A DNA stretch of 64,000 nt from the IMG/VR virus record IMGVR_UViG_3300047089_000113, positions 1-64,000 of that record, one strand, 5' to 3'. Made by a program: the position numbers and the translations under genes. The first letter of the stretch is position 1; each line of letters opens with the position of its first letter. The notes under the pieces are model-generated. The model was not told the origin of the DNA. It did not search any database and worked only from the letters and a program-made list of their open reading frames with translations. This document shows positions 37,931 through 46,893 of this stretch, piece after piece. Origin of the DNA: a virus.

Positions 37931-38377
37931 TCATATAAAACGCATAGCCATCGTAGGCTCGTAGCTTCCCGGCCACCACCGTGACCAGCCCACTGTTGTC
38001 CCGCTGTGATGCGCGCCGAAGCTCATGTTCGTCCAGATCGTGGCGAACTCGACGTGCCCGGAGCCGAAGAACAGCAGGTCACCGCGCCGGGCATCGGCAA
38101 GCGGTATCCGCACCAGGTGAGCGGTGCCGCCGAGCATGGCGTAGGTGGAGTGCGGCAGGCTGATGCCGTGCTGCGCCGCCGCCCAGACCACGAGCCCGGA
38201 GCAGTCGAACGCGCCCGGCCCGGCCGCGCCGTAGGAGTACCAGGCACCGGTACGCGATTCGGCGGTGTCCAGGATCGAGCCGCCGAGGCTGCCGGTGCTA
38301 GCGTGCGCGGCCGGTGCGGTGATCAGGAAGCTGGCCATCAGCGTGATGGCAGCCAGCAACCACGCATAGCGCCGCAT
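37931..38377 (-). CDS. Secreted NlpC/P60 peptidoglycan endopeptidase
   Basis: Signal peptide ending AHA; Y.YGAAGP.AFDCSGLV, GDLLFF and GHV catalytic motifs. Confidence 0.92.
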   Translation of the reverse strand: MRRYAWLLAAITLMASFLITAPAAHASTGSLGGSILDTAESRTGAWYSYGAAGPGAFDCSGLVVWAAAQHGISLPHSTYAMLGGTAHLVRIPLADARRGDLLFFGSGHVEFATIWTNMSFGAHHSGTTVGWSRWWPGSYEPTMAMRFI

Positions 38378-38380
38378 GGC

Positions 38381-39265
38381 TCAGCACCCGCCGCTGGCGG
38401 CCCAGGCCGAGTAGCCGGACTGGGCCACCTGCTGGTGGTACGCCTGGTTCTGCTCGGCCACGCTGGCGTTCTGAGCCAGCCCGGAGTGCCCGAGCCCCTG
38501 CCAGGTCGATGGCAGGAACTGGTAGAGACCGCCCGCCCCGCTGGACGGGTTGACCGCGCGGGCGTTGCCGCCGGACTCGTCCGCGATGATGTGCGACTGG
38601 CAGCCGCCCGAGCCCCGGTAGCTGGAGTTGCTGTAGCTCCTGGACCTGCTGCCCCGGTAGACGGTTACCGCGCGGTAGGCGTGGCCGCTGCTGCGGGGCT
38701 GCGCCCACCCGGCTGGCGGGTGGTCCAGGTCGAGCCCGTCGCCGTCGCCGTCGCCCCACAGGAACGGGCCGTGGTGCGCGGGCTGCGCGTGCCAGGTATA
38801 GGCCGCCGTGGTGACCGCTCTCGGCGTCATCGACTGGGCGTACTTCAGCTCGGCTGGCAGGTAGGCGCAGTTGAGCGCCAGTTCCTGGCCGATCCTCAGC
38901 ACGTTGGCGTTGCGCGCGGTCAGGTGCGCGGCGCGGCTGGCGGCGTAGATGCCGGTCCACATCCGGGCCTGGCCGTGGCAGGCGTTGACCGCTACCGATG
39001 AGATCGACTCGCCAGCCCGCACCGTGTGCAGGGCCAGTGCCCGGTCGGCGTGCGCGCGGGCGGCGTGCAGCACCGATCGCACGGCCAGCCGCATCACGCT
39101 GGCATCCCGGCTAGAGTGCAGGTCAGGGGTGTCCCGTACGCCCGTGGCAGCCGCGTGGGACGGGGCGGCGCTGATCAGGCCGGGCAGCACCGCGATGAGA
39201 GAGATCCAGGCCCACCGGAGATTACGGCGGATAGCGGCGGGCAGGTGCGCAGATATGCGCTGCAT
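38381..39265 (-). CDS. Secreted LysM-like + Rpf-type transglycosylase
   Basis: Signal peptide; HTVRAGESIS…NVLRIGQEL (LysM); C…ESGGN..AVN…GLYQF..STW…ASVAEQ…Q.G..AW…C (resuscitation-promoting factor-like). Confidence 0.85.
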   Translation of the reverse strand: MQRISAHLPAAIRRNLRWAWISLIAVLPGLISAAPSHAAATGVRDTPDLHSSRDASVMRLAVRSVLHAARAHADRALALHTVRAGESISSVAVNACHGQARMWTGIYAASRAAHLTARNANVLRIGQELALNCAYLPAELKYAQSMTPRAVTTAAYTWHAQPAHHGPFLWGDGDGDGLDLDHPPAGWAQPRSSGHAYRAVTVYRGSRSRSYSNSSYRGSGGCQSHIIADESGGNARAVNPSSGAGGLYQFLPSTWQGLGHSGLAQNASVAEQNQAYHQQVAQSGYSAWAASGGC

Positions 39266-39392
39266 GTGTACCCTTTTCGCAGAGATGGCCGCTACTCGGG
39301 GGGATTTCCAGGTCTTGCCCCTTGCAGCGCTGTGTCCTCACCGACGATAACAAGACGGCCTCGCGCTGTCCTGGCTTTGCCGGTGTCACATG

Positions 39393-39434
39393 CGAGAGCC
39401 CAGGACCCGCCGCTAAGGCGGGCCTGGGCTCTCG
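39393..39434 (-). terminator. Long hairpin upstream of the Rpf-like gene
   Basis: CGAGAGCCCAGG-a-CCCGCC-gctaa-GGCGGG-CCTGGGCTCTCG. Confidence 0.65.
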
Positions 39435-39495
39435 TTCAGGCACGAGCTGATTTTGACCGCATGGCCAGCCAGCCTAACCCCGTGTACCCGGCTCA

Positions 39496-39783
39496 TCAAG
39501 CGTGCGGGTACCGGCACAGCGCCTCGATGCACCGCCCGTCGTTGTGGAAGAACAAGCTGACCTGGGACGCGATGTCGCACACCCGGCAGGCCGGGTCCTC
39601 CTTGTCGTGCGCGGGGCAGATGACGTCCACGCAGAGGACCGGCCAGGCGCGACCGCCCGGACACGTTCTCCAGCCGGTGGCGATGTGGTACCAGTCAGGC
39701 ACCGTGACCAGCACGTACCCGCTCCGCGCGAAGCCGGTGCAGTCGCGGATGCGCTCGCCGCAGCGGGCGCAGCGCGAGATCAC
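39496..39783 (-). CDS. Cys-rich hypothetical protein
   Basis: GTG start overlaps the upstream stop; multiple CxxC motifs. Confidence 0.5.
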   Translation of the reverse strand: MISRCARCGERIRDCTGFARSGYVLVTVPDWYHIATGWRTCPGGRAWPVLCVDVICPAHDKEDPACRVCDIASQVSLFFHNDGRCIEALCRYPHA

Positions 39784-40379
39784 TTCAGCTTGAAGCGGTA
39801 GATGACCCCCGCGATCCAGACCAGCAGCCCGATCAGGTGCTGCCCGGCGGCCATCAGCGCGCACCCGGAGAACACGATGGCCATCGCGGTGGCCCGGTCC
39901 CAGTGCCGCTCCCGCCGTGGTGCCGGGACGGGCCTCGGCGGGAGCGGGGCCGGGGCCATGATGCGCAGCTCGTCGCACCACTGGCACAGCTCCGCGCCAG
40001 CCGGTCCCTTGACCTGCTCGTTCTCGGTCCCGCAGCCGGTGCAGGCACCGTCATGCCAGCCCTCGGCCAGCCTGCGGCGGTGCTCGCGCAGCGCGGCTTC
40101 CTCGACCGGCAGCGGGACGCCAAGGCCGTACGATGCCCGCATGTTGGCCTCGTTCGCCCGGATGTGCCAGTGGAACGGGCACTGGCAGTCCGGCCCGCCG
40201 TCGCAGGCCGGGTACGGCGGGTACTTCGGCCGGGCCTCGTTCTCCAGCCGCCTGACCTCAGCGGCCAGCTCCCGGTTATCCCGCATGAGCTGGTCGGCCG
40301 CCTCGGTGTCGAGCTTGCGCATCGCCTCGCGCAGCGCGTTCTCGGCCTGGCGCTCGGGGTGCTCTACCTCGCCGTCCAT
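39780..40379 (-). CDS. Hypothetical protein with coiled coil, CxxC motifs and C-terminal TM
   Basis: 199 aa ORF, GAGGA RBS. Confidence 0.55.
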   Translation of the reverse strand: MDGEVEHPERQAENALREAMRKLDTEAADQLMRDNRELAAEVRRLENEARPKYPPYPACDGGPDCQCPFHWHIRANEANMRASYGLGVPLPVEEAALREHRRRLAEGWHDGACTGCGTENEQVKGPAGAELCQWCDELRIMAPAPLPPRPVPAPRRERHWDRATAMAIVFSGCALMAAGQHLIGLLVWIAGVIYRFKLK

Positions 40380-40642
40380 GTCTGGTCCTCGCCTAGCACG
40401 TAGTCCCGCCGCTGGCCGTCAGTCTCGCGCAACACGGTACCGGGGTCTTCCTCGCGGCAGATCGCCATGGCTTCCTGGATATGGCTGGTCTTGACGTGGA
40501 TCGTGTGGTGGTCGGCCTGCATGTTGTCCATCTCGCCGCGCAGCCGGGCGGTCTCGGCCTCCAGCTCCGCGATGCGCTCGCGCATCCACTGGAGCCGGGC
40601 GACCGGGACCTCCACCATCGGCTCGTCGTCAAGTGCTGTCAT
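40364..40642 (-). CDS. Hypothetical coiled-coil protein
   Basis: 92 aa ORF with normal codon bias. Confidence 0.55.
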   Translation of the reverse strand: MTALDDEPMVEVPVARLQWMRERIAELEAETARLRGEMDNMQADHHTIHVKTSHIQEAMAICREEDPGTVLRETDGQRRDYVLGEDQTWTAR

Positions 40643-41165
40643 CGTGCACCGCCTCGGGCTCGTCGGCCATGACGTTGGCCGCGTGCGCCATCAGCGTCAG
40701 GAGCTGGTCGGCCCCCTCGATGGCGCTGCGCTTGATCTCCCTCGGCTCGACCGCGCCGGGGTGGGTGTCCGACATCCACCCCGCGAACGCGGCGAACCGC
40801 TCCGGGTCGCTGTGCACCCACTCCGTGGTGAAGGACCCGACCGCCAGCGCCCCGGCGCTCTGCTCCAGGCCGTCATCGTCCGGCGTGTGCGGGATCACGA
40901 CCTGGAACGTCGCCAGCGGCCCCTGGTGGCGCAGCAGCTTCTGCCCGATGATGGTCAGCGCCATCTCGGACATCTCCAGCGCCTTGGCGTCCACCCGGTC
41001 AGGGTTGAACGGGGTCTTGGCCTTCCTGGCGGCCTGCTGGAGCTGTACGACCAGCACGGGGTCCTCGCGGATCATCTGGAGCGCGATCACCGCGATCATG
41101 TGCGCGGTGCTGGCGGACGCCGCCGCCTGGCTGGTGCCCATCTTGATGCGGTCTCCCATCGTCAT
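40629..41165 (-). CDS. Hypothetical protein
   Basis: Start moved to MTMGDRIK (ATGA overlap). Confidence 0.55.
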   Translation of the reverse strand: MTMGDRIKMGTSQAAASASTAHMIAVIALQMIREDPVLVVQLQQAARKAKTPFNPDRVDAKALEMSEMALTIIGQKLLRHQGPLATFQVVIPHTPDDDGLEQSAGALAVGSFTTEWVHSDPERFAAFAGWMSDTHPGAVEPREIKRSAIEGADQLLTLMAHAANVMADEPEAVHDDST

Positions 41166-41482
41166 CGTGTCTTGGCTTTCCCGGCGGCGGATTCCAGCCG
41201 GGCGACGGCGGCCTTCTCGTACGGCGTCAGCGTGACCTGGTGCTTCACGCGCTCCAGGATCAGCTCGATGTCGCGGACCTGCACGGTGCCGCCCAGCAGG
41301 ACGACGTTGTTCGCCCACTCCAGCGGCGGGGATTCCTTGCCGTCGCGCATCAGCGCGTCCAGCTCGGCCCAGGCGCGGGTGAACGCCTCGGCCGCCTCGT
41401 GCTCAGGGCGCGAGCGCGGCTCGGTCTGCTCCCATTCGAGCATCTGGGCGTTGACCTCGTTGCGCAGGTCGTCGGCCTTCAC
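41162..41482 (-). CDS. Hypothetical protein
   Basis: GTG start after a GAGGGG RBS, overlapping the upstream stop. Confidence 0.55.
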   Translation of the reverse strand: MKADDLRNEVNAQMLEWEQTEPRSRPEHEAAEAFTRAWAELDALMRDGKESPPLEWANNVVLLGGTVQVRDIELILERVKHQVTLTPYEKAAVARLESAAGKAKTR

Positions 41483-41769
41483 TGTCCCCTCACCACGACT
41501 TTCGCGGGCCAGGAGTACAGGTGCCACACCAGGCCCTCGCGGGTGCGCGGCGCGGTGCCGACGTACGTCCCGCCCTCGGGGACGGGGTGACCGGTGCCGA
41601 TCACCAGGAACTTGAATGCGTACTCGGGCAGGGTGTCGTCGTGCTCGGCCCAGAACTCCACGTCGCGGGGCTCGCCCGGCCCGTTGGCCACCGATAGCAG
41701 CCTGCCGGTCAGCTTGTGCTCGTGCACCCGGTCATCCACCGGCACCTTGTAGCGGTAGATCGTCCTCAT
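41479..41769 (-). CDS. Conserved phage protein (DUF7352-like)
   Basis: TIYRY…FWAE…GTGHP…YVGT…LVWHLY pattern. Confidence 0.65.
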   Translation of the reverse strand: MRTIYRYKVPVDDRVHEHKLTGRLLSVANGPGEPRDVEFWAEHDDTLPEYAFKFLVIGTGHPVPEGGTYVGTAPRTREGLVWHLYSWPAKVVVRGQ

Positions 41770-41894
41770 GACTGCGCCGCCGTCTCGTAGGTCTTGGTCA
41801 GCTCGCCGTAGAGCCCGGCCAGCTCGTCGTAGAGCCTGGCCTGCTCCAGGGTCAGGCGCTCGATCTCGCGGTAGATCCTCACGCGCTCGTTCAC
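41766..41894 (-). CDS. Small coiled-coil protein
   Basis: 42 aa after the ACGATGAGGGAG motif. Confidence 0.5.
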   Translation of the reverse strand: MNERVRIYREIERLTLEQARLYDELAGLYGELTKTYETAAQS

Positions 41895-41932
41895 GGTATG
41901 TTCTCCCTCATCGTTGCCGCCGGGTCTCGGCG

Positions 41933-41944
41933 GGTGTTTACACC
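41933..41944. promoter_or_regulatory. Palindromic operator-like box GGTGTTTACACC
   Basis: One of several near-identical intergenic copies; lies between divergent ORFs. Confidence 0.6.
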
Positions 41945-41964
41945 CTACAGCGTATCGTGGGCTT

Positions 41965-42216
41965 GTGACATTCCCGGCTAGCCCCGTCCTGATGAAGGCC
42001 CTGCGTCCTCTCAAGCGCTGGTCGCAGGCCGGGCCGTGCCCGCCGGTCCCGACTAACGGGATCTTCTGGGCGACCGCGAAGCAGGCCCCGCTGCTGGCCG
42101 CCGGGAACCTGGCGATCTACGCGCCGGACGGCACCCCGGTCCCGCCAGCCGAGCCCCCGCTGACCGTCAACATGGTGCCGGGCCTGGCAGCGGGCGTGAG
42201 CAACGCCAGCCGGTAG
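41965..42216 (+). CDS. Small opposite-strand protein, possible GAGN-family paralog
   Basis: 83 aa with LLAAGNLA…GVSNASR; fills an otherwise empty gap. Confidence 0.5.
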   Translation: MTFPASPVLMKALRPLKRWSQAGPCPPVPTNGIFWATAKQAPLLAAGNLAIYAPDGTPVPPAEPPLTVNMVPGLAAGVSNASR

Positions 42217-42285
42217 TTGTCGAGCGATCGACAATTATTGCCGGTCGGGCTGGTCCTGGCGGCTAGTAGGTAGGGAGATCCCTAC

Positions 42286-42552
42286 TTACCGCCCTGGCAG
42301 GCCCGGCGGCGGCGCTCCCCCTTCCGGCGGCTGCACCGGGGCCAGGTCCGGGCGGTGCGTGTGCGGCGAGAAGTAGGCGGCTACCGCGCCGAGCAGCCAG
42401 GCGATGATGACCGGCAGGTTCTGCTTCTGGTCGGCGGTCAGGTTGTCCCGCAGCCACGGCACGATCTCGACCAGTAGCCCGGACAGGTACCCGGCGGCCA
42501 GGTACGTGACGCTGCCAGCCGCTACCTTGGTCTCGATCCCGCCGCCGCTCAT
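42286..42552 (-). CDS. Holin
   Basis: 88 aa, IETKVAA…2 TM…PHTHRPD, typical of actinophage holins; near the endolysin. Confidence 0.7.
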   Translation of the reverse strand: MSGGGIETKVAAGSVTYLAAGYLSGLLVEIVPWLRDNLTADQKQNLPVIIAWLLGAVAAYFSPHTHRPDLAPVQPPEGGAPPPGLPGR

Positions 42553-42881
42553 CAGCCGGGCGGCTTGTTCTCGGTCACCTGGGAGAGCTGCTGCCGCAGC
42601 AGGTAACCTTCCAGCTCCCAGATCTTGTCGCGGGCCTCGGTGTAGGCGATGGACCGGCCCAGCTCGGCGTCGAAGTTCTCCTGGCTGGCGGCGGCGCTGT
42701 GCCCGACCGTGGTGAACCCGTTGGCCAGGGTCAGCGCGCAGACGGTGACCGTGGTGCCGGGGAAGACGTGGTAGTCCTCGCGCACGATCTTGCCGGTGAC
42801 CTGCTCGGGCGTGACGCGCGGCGCGGTCAGGCCCTTGTCCTGCACGGCCTGCTCGATCGCGGCCTCGTTGGATGTGATCAC
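42552..42881 (-). CDS. N4 Gp49/Sf6 gp66 family protein (Acb4-like nucleotide sponge candidate)
   Basis: APRVT…TVC.L.L.NGF..VG.SA..S.ENFD.ELG..IA…A..KIW.LEGY signature. Confidence 0.8.
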   Translation of the reverse strand: MITSNEAAIEQAVQDKGLTAPRVTPEQVTGKIVREDYHVFPGTTVTVCALTLANGFTTVGHSAAASQENFDAELGRSIAYTEARDKIWELEGYLLRQQLSQVTENKPPG

Positions 42882-43243
42882 TGCTTCCTCCGGGAGTTGA
42901 GCTGGGCGGCCTGGCCGAACATGGCCGCTTCCTGCGGGCTGGCGGGAGCAACGCCGCCGGGCATCAGCTCCAGCCCCAGCGAATGGCTCCAGCAGACCGG
43001 CAGCGCGCCGAACTGCGGCACGACGGTGCTGATCGCGTGGGTGACGGCGGGCTTCAGCTCGGTCCCGGCCAGGTCCCGCGCCATGTTCACCCGCACCGCC
43101 GGGGCGTCTTCCGCCGACCGGCTGGCCAGGGAGACCATCGCCTGCTGCTCGTGCACCACGTGCTGCTTGGCCAGCATCACGCAGACCGCGCACCACTCCT
43201 TGCCCTCGGGCGGTTCCGGGCCGTCGAAATACAGGTCAGCCAT
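42878..43243 (-). CDS. Hypothetical protein (CxxC…CxxH)
   Basis: 121 aa, AAGGAG RBS. Confidence 0.55.
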   Translation of the reverse strand: MADLYFDGPEPPEGKEWCAVCVMLAKQHVVHEQQAMVSLASRSAEDAPAVRVNMARDLAGTELKPAVTHAISTVVPQFGALPVCWSHSLGLELMPGGVAPASPQEAAMFGQAAQLNSRRKQ

Positions 43244-43273
43244 CTGCTCTCCTTGCTCGTGTCCGCACCTACT

Positions 43274-43606
43274 CTAGCCACCGGGCGGCGGACATGGCAT
43301 CAGGGCCGTGCCGGGGATCGCGGGCAGCCCGTGGGCGATGAGCTGCATCTCCAGCTCGACGGCTGCCTGCTGGTACAGGCACACCGTGCCGGACAGGCGC
43401 GCGACCTGGGCCTGGAGCTGGGCGTTCTCGTTGTGCAGCGACCAGATCAGCCAGAACTGCCAGCCCAGGAAGCACCCGAGCAGCACCGCCAGGCCGATCA
43501 CGGCGTACTGCCAGCCGGTTATCCGTGCCGGTGGAAGAACACCGTCACCGATGTCAGCAGCAGGGGCAGCGCCAGGCCCGTCAGGATTATCGTGACCAGG
43601 GTCCAT
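43274..43606 (-). CDS. Membrane protein, lysis region
   Basis: Single TM plus coiled coil. Confidence 0.5.
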   Translation of the reverse strand: MDPGHDNPDGPGAAPAADIGDGVLPPARITGWQYAVIGLAVLLGCFLGWQFWLIWSLHNENAQLQAQVARLSGTVCLYQQAAVELEMQLIAHGLPAIPGTALMPCPPPGG

Positions 43607-43833
43607 ATCCGCTGCTTCCGCTCATCGACCTGCTTGCGCAGCAGGTCAACCCGCTCGGACAGGCTGCGCCGGTTTTCCTCGGCGGTGGCCAGCGAGTCGC
43701 CGTACCGTTCGAGCAGGATGGACTGGGCCTGGTTCTGGTCCCGGAGCGCGGCCAGCCGGTCATCGAACGCCTCCATCTCGGCGGAATAGCGTCCCCAGGT
43801 GACCGGTGAGTCATCCGGGTGGCTGTTCGGCAC
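43519..43833 (-). CDS. Coiled-coil + C-terminal TM protein, lysis region
   Basis: 104 aa directly after the endolysin. Confidence 0.6.
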   Translation of the reverse strand: MPNSHPDDSPVTWGRYSAEMEAFDDRLAALRDQNQAQSILLERYGDSLATAEENRRSLSERVDLLRKQVDERKQRIWTLVTIILTGLALPLLLTSVTVFFHRHG

Positions 43834-43836
43834 GGC

Positions 43837-44856
43837 TCACAGCGCGCCGAGAGCTGCCCACGTGGCCGGGCCGATCACGCTGTCCGCCGTCAGCTTGTGG
43901 CTGGCCTGGAAGGTGTGCACGGCGGCACTGGTGGCCGGGCCGAATCCGCCGTCCGTGGCGATGCCCGCGCTGGTCTTGTTCAGGTCGTGCTGGGCCAGGC
44001 GCACCCACCCGCTGGCATCGCCCTGGCGCAGCAGCGGGCCGTCGCCCGCGATGATGGTGACCGTCGTGCCGGGCTTGACGTCGGAGCCGATCACGGGGGC
44101 CAGGCCCGAGCAGATCTGGCTGGCCTTCTGCCCGGTGGCCGCCGCCGGGATCATGTGCGCGGCCACCAGCCGGTTGTGCGCGTTCCCGGCGGTCTTGCCC
44201 GCGCAGTCCGGCACGGTGAGCATGCCCGCCGGGGCGGGGTGCGGCGGCTGCGGGCCGGGCGCTGCGGCATGCCCGCCGACCATGGCGGCGAGCTGGGCGA
44301 AGGTGCCCTTGTAGGCGTTGCAGTCCACCTGGCCGAACCCGCCGGTCCTCATCGTGGACGTGTACTGCCACACGTCCGGCCGCATCCCGCCGTAGGGAGC
44401 CCAGCCGCCGCCGTGGTCGGAGTAGGCGCTGTACGCGGAGCTGACCAGGTGCAGGTGCCGGTTGATGAACGGCGTGAGGGACGGCGACCCGATCTGCTGC
44501 CAGTACCAGTGCGGCAGGTAGACCATGTTCACGATGCCGCCGCGAGCCCGCAGCCGGTCGCAGAAGGAGATCGCGTCCCCCATGCCGGGCCGGGTGTTGC
44601 TCGGCTCGAAGTCGATCATGGCGGGCAGCCTTCCGGCCCTGGACCAGTAGTAGTCGGCCTGGCCAGCGCCGTTGCCTGCGGTCAGGAAGTGGTAGCCGAA
44701 GAAGTACGCGCCGACGTTGGCGGCGCTGCCCTTGAAGCGGGTCCAGTAGGGGTTGGTGTAGCCGGTGCCCTGGGAGATCTTGGCGCAGACGGTGTGCCAG
44801 CCAGCGAGGTTGATCCCGGCCTGGTACGAGCTGATGTCGATGTAGAAGACGGTCAC
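43837..44856 (-). CDS. Endolysin: GH25 muramidase + PASTA-like + peptidoglycan-binding domain
   Basis: IDISSYQ, KISQG, YHF, IDFE and WQYTS (GH25); VPD..GKT…P..GS.VKPGTTVTI (PASTA-like); LRQGD…DGGFGPAT..AV..FQ…IGPATW (PG_binding_1). Confidence 0.93.
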   Translation of the reverse strand: MTVFYIDISSYQAGINLAGWHTVCAKISQGTGYTNPYWTRFKGSAANVGAYFFGYHFLTAGNGAGQADYYWSRAGRLPAMIDFEPSNTRPGMGDAISFCDRLRARGGIVNMVYLPHWYWQQIGSPSLTPFINRHLHLVSSAYSAYSDHGGGWAPYGGMRPDVWQYTSTMRTGGFGQVDCNAYKGTFAQLAAMVGGHAAAPGPQPPHPAPAGMLTVPDCAGKTAGNAHNRLVAAHMIPAAATGQKASQICSGLAPVIGSDVKPGTTVTIIAGDGPLLRQGDASGWVRLAQHDLNKTSAGIATDGGFGPATSAAVHTFQASHKLTADSVIGPATWAALGAL

Positions 44857-44905
44857 CTGGGTCCTCCTTCAGCGGCGGATAACCCCATGGTGCCATCGCC
44901 CAGTG

Positions 44906-45187
44906 TCAACAGCCAGCGCTGTCCCAGGGCCGCACCCCGCCCGAGCGCTCATACCAGCGGTCGCACATCGGGGTGCGCGGCGGCCGGGCTATCGCCGCGA
45001 TGTCATCCTTGATGCCCGTGTACCCAGGATCTGCCCACGGGCTGTCCGCGTAAATGCAGCCGCACTCGGGACATGGGCAGTGCCCGATGAAGGACAGCGT
45101 GCCCTCATCGGCGGTGGACCGGATGCCGCAGTGATGGCCGCAGGCGGGAGACAGGTGCTCCCCCGGCAGCGCCTGCCGGGTGCTCAT
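44906..45187 (-). CDS. Cys-rich hypothetical protein
   Basis: Start MSTRQALP with ATGA coupling. Confidence 0.45.
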   Translation of the reverse strand: MSTRQALPGEHLSPACGHHCGIRSTADEGTLSFIGHCPCPECGCIYADSPWADPGYTGIKDDIAAIARPPRTPMCDRWYERSGGVRPWDSAGC

Positions 45188-45350
45188 GCGTGGCACCGCT
45201 CCCGCAGCCAGCAGGTGACCGCCTGCGGGTGCTCCCGCCAGCCGCAGTGCTCCGGGCTCGGCCAGGGCGTGGTCCAGGTGCACGCCACGAAGGCGTGATC
45301 AGCCGCGAGCTGGCGGCACTTCAGCCCGAGCTTGTGCCGCAGCCAGTCGG

Positions 45351-45614
45351 TCATGACGCCGGGTAGAACGGCTCGGGCACCACCTGGGCCAGGGCCGTGT
45401 CCTGCGGTCCCTGGTCATAGTGGTGCACGACCAGCGCATCGCCCAGGAACGCGCGGATCTCGTCAATGCAGCCGCCGCACAGGTCGAACGGCTTGTAGTC
45501 ATCCTGGCTGACCACCTCGCCGCCCGCCCTGGCGTGCATCTCGGCCAGGTGCAGGTGCCCGGTCCTGTACGCGCACTCGGCCCCGCACCGGTCGCAGTAG
45601 GTCTTGCGGCTCAC
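45351..45614 (-). CDS. Zn-finger protein (CDRC…DLCGGC)
   Basis: 87 aa; common phage motif. Confidence 0.6.
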   Translation of the reverse strand: MSRKTYCDRCGAECAYRTGHLHLAEMHARAGGEVVSQDDYKPFDLCGGCIDEIRAFLGDALVVHHYDQGPQDTALAQVVPEPFYPAS

Positions 45615-45997
45615 AGGATTCCGCCTCCCCCGATGTTCGTGATCGCCTTCGGGTCGTTGATGTTCATGCCCGCGATGGCGTGCTGCCGCAGCCGCTCGAC
45701 CCGCGCCTGCTCGGCCGCGTCCTCGCGCGCCCAGCGCTCCAGCACCCAGCCGATCGCCTGCGCTGCGGTGTCCGCGTCGTAGATCAGGACGCTGCGCATC
45801 GTGGTCTCCAGGTGCCAGTGCACCTCGCTGCCGGACTCGACGGTGCGCTGGCCCCAGCCAGCCCCCGGCAGGTCACGGCTCGCGTACAGCCGGATCTTCC
45901 CGTCCGGCTTGCGTACCCAGGTCAGGATGCACTCGGGCTCGGCGTTGCTCGCCTGGACCTGGATCTCGTTGCTGGCCAGGTTCTGGTAGTAGTCCAC
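45611..45997 (-). CDS. Hypothetical protein
   Basis: 128 aa, AAGGG RBS. Confidence 0.55.
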   Translation of the reverse strand: MDYYQNLASNEIQVQASNAEPECILTWVRKPDGKIRLYASRDLPGAGWGQRTVESGSEVHWHLETTMRSVLIYDADTAAQAIGWVLERWAREDAAEQARVERLRQHAIAGMNINDPKAITNIGGGGIL

Positions 45998-46168
45998 TGC
46001 GGGCGTCCCTTCTCAGTTGTGCCGCGCCGATCCGCAGCATCTCGCGGGTGGCGTGCGCGGTCGGGTCCATCATCACCTGGGCGTAGAACCGCCGTTCGAG
46101 CACGCCGATCGCGCGCTCCAAGATGATGGCGTCGGCTTCCATTCGCTGGTGATCTGCGCAGGTCATTC

Positions 46169-46615
46169 CTAGAATCCCCCCTGACTCGGGCTAGACGGTG
46201 ACGGAGACGGGGCCGTCACGCCAGGGGTCGGGTTATCCGTGCTAGGCGGCGGTGGCTCACCTCCGGTGGTGCTCGGCGGGATGTACCCCGGCACGCCGGG
46301 GATGTTCGCAGAGCCGGATGACGGCCGGGTCAGGCTCGGCTGCGGCCGGGCGGCTGGCTGCTGATGGCTAGGTCGCACAATGACAGGCGGCTCAGTGACA
46401 TACCGCGTGCTGGCGTGCGGCGCTGGCGCGCGGATAGTGGAGTGGATGACCTGCGGCGGCGGGGTGATCACCTCAACCGGGGCGGGCCGGACAGCGTAGT
46501 AGTAGGCGGTGACGCCTCCCATCCCGAGCAGGGCCGAGGTGATCAGCACAGCCAGCAGCAGCGGCCAGCCGCCAGCCGGTCGCCACTTCCTGCTCCACCT
46601 CACCGGCTTAGCCAC
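46169..46615 (-). CDS. Membrane-anchored Pro-rich protein
   Basis: N-terminal TM and a Pro/Ser/Thr tail. Confidence 0.55.
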   Translation of the reverse strand: MAKPVRWSRKWRPAGGWPLLLAVLITSALLGMGGVTAYYYAVRPAPVEVITPPPQVIHSTIRAPAPHASTRYVTEPPVIVRPSHQQPAARPQPSLTRPSSGSANIPGVPGYIPPSTTGGEPPPPSTDNPTPGVTAPSPSPSSPSQGGF

Positions 46616-46893
46616 GAGATCACGGACGGGTGCGCCCTGGCCTTCTCCGCGTGCCTGCGGACGTAGTGCCGCCGGTACCGGGCCAGCGTCCTGCCCCTGC
46701 GCCGCCTGCTCCAGTCGCAGCGCGGGCAGCTCAGGTGGCCGCCGCCCAGGACGGGCGGCTCGGACTTCACAGCTTCCCGGCCAGCCAGGTCATCCAGCGC
46801 GGCGGCGCGTACCGCCTGCCGTGGCAGCTCGTGCACGAGCAGCAGTAGCCGTACCGGTCGCGCGCAGATACCGGGCGGCAGTGCGGGCCGCAG

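Noticed and set aside
39266-39392. Possible c-di-AMP (ydaO) riboswitch upstream of the Rpf-like gene
   Set aside because: Expected by analogy with actinobacterial rpfA, but the conserved GCTGAATCC / CCCGTCAGCTAAC elements are not visible and the leader is short. An Infernal scan would settle it.
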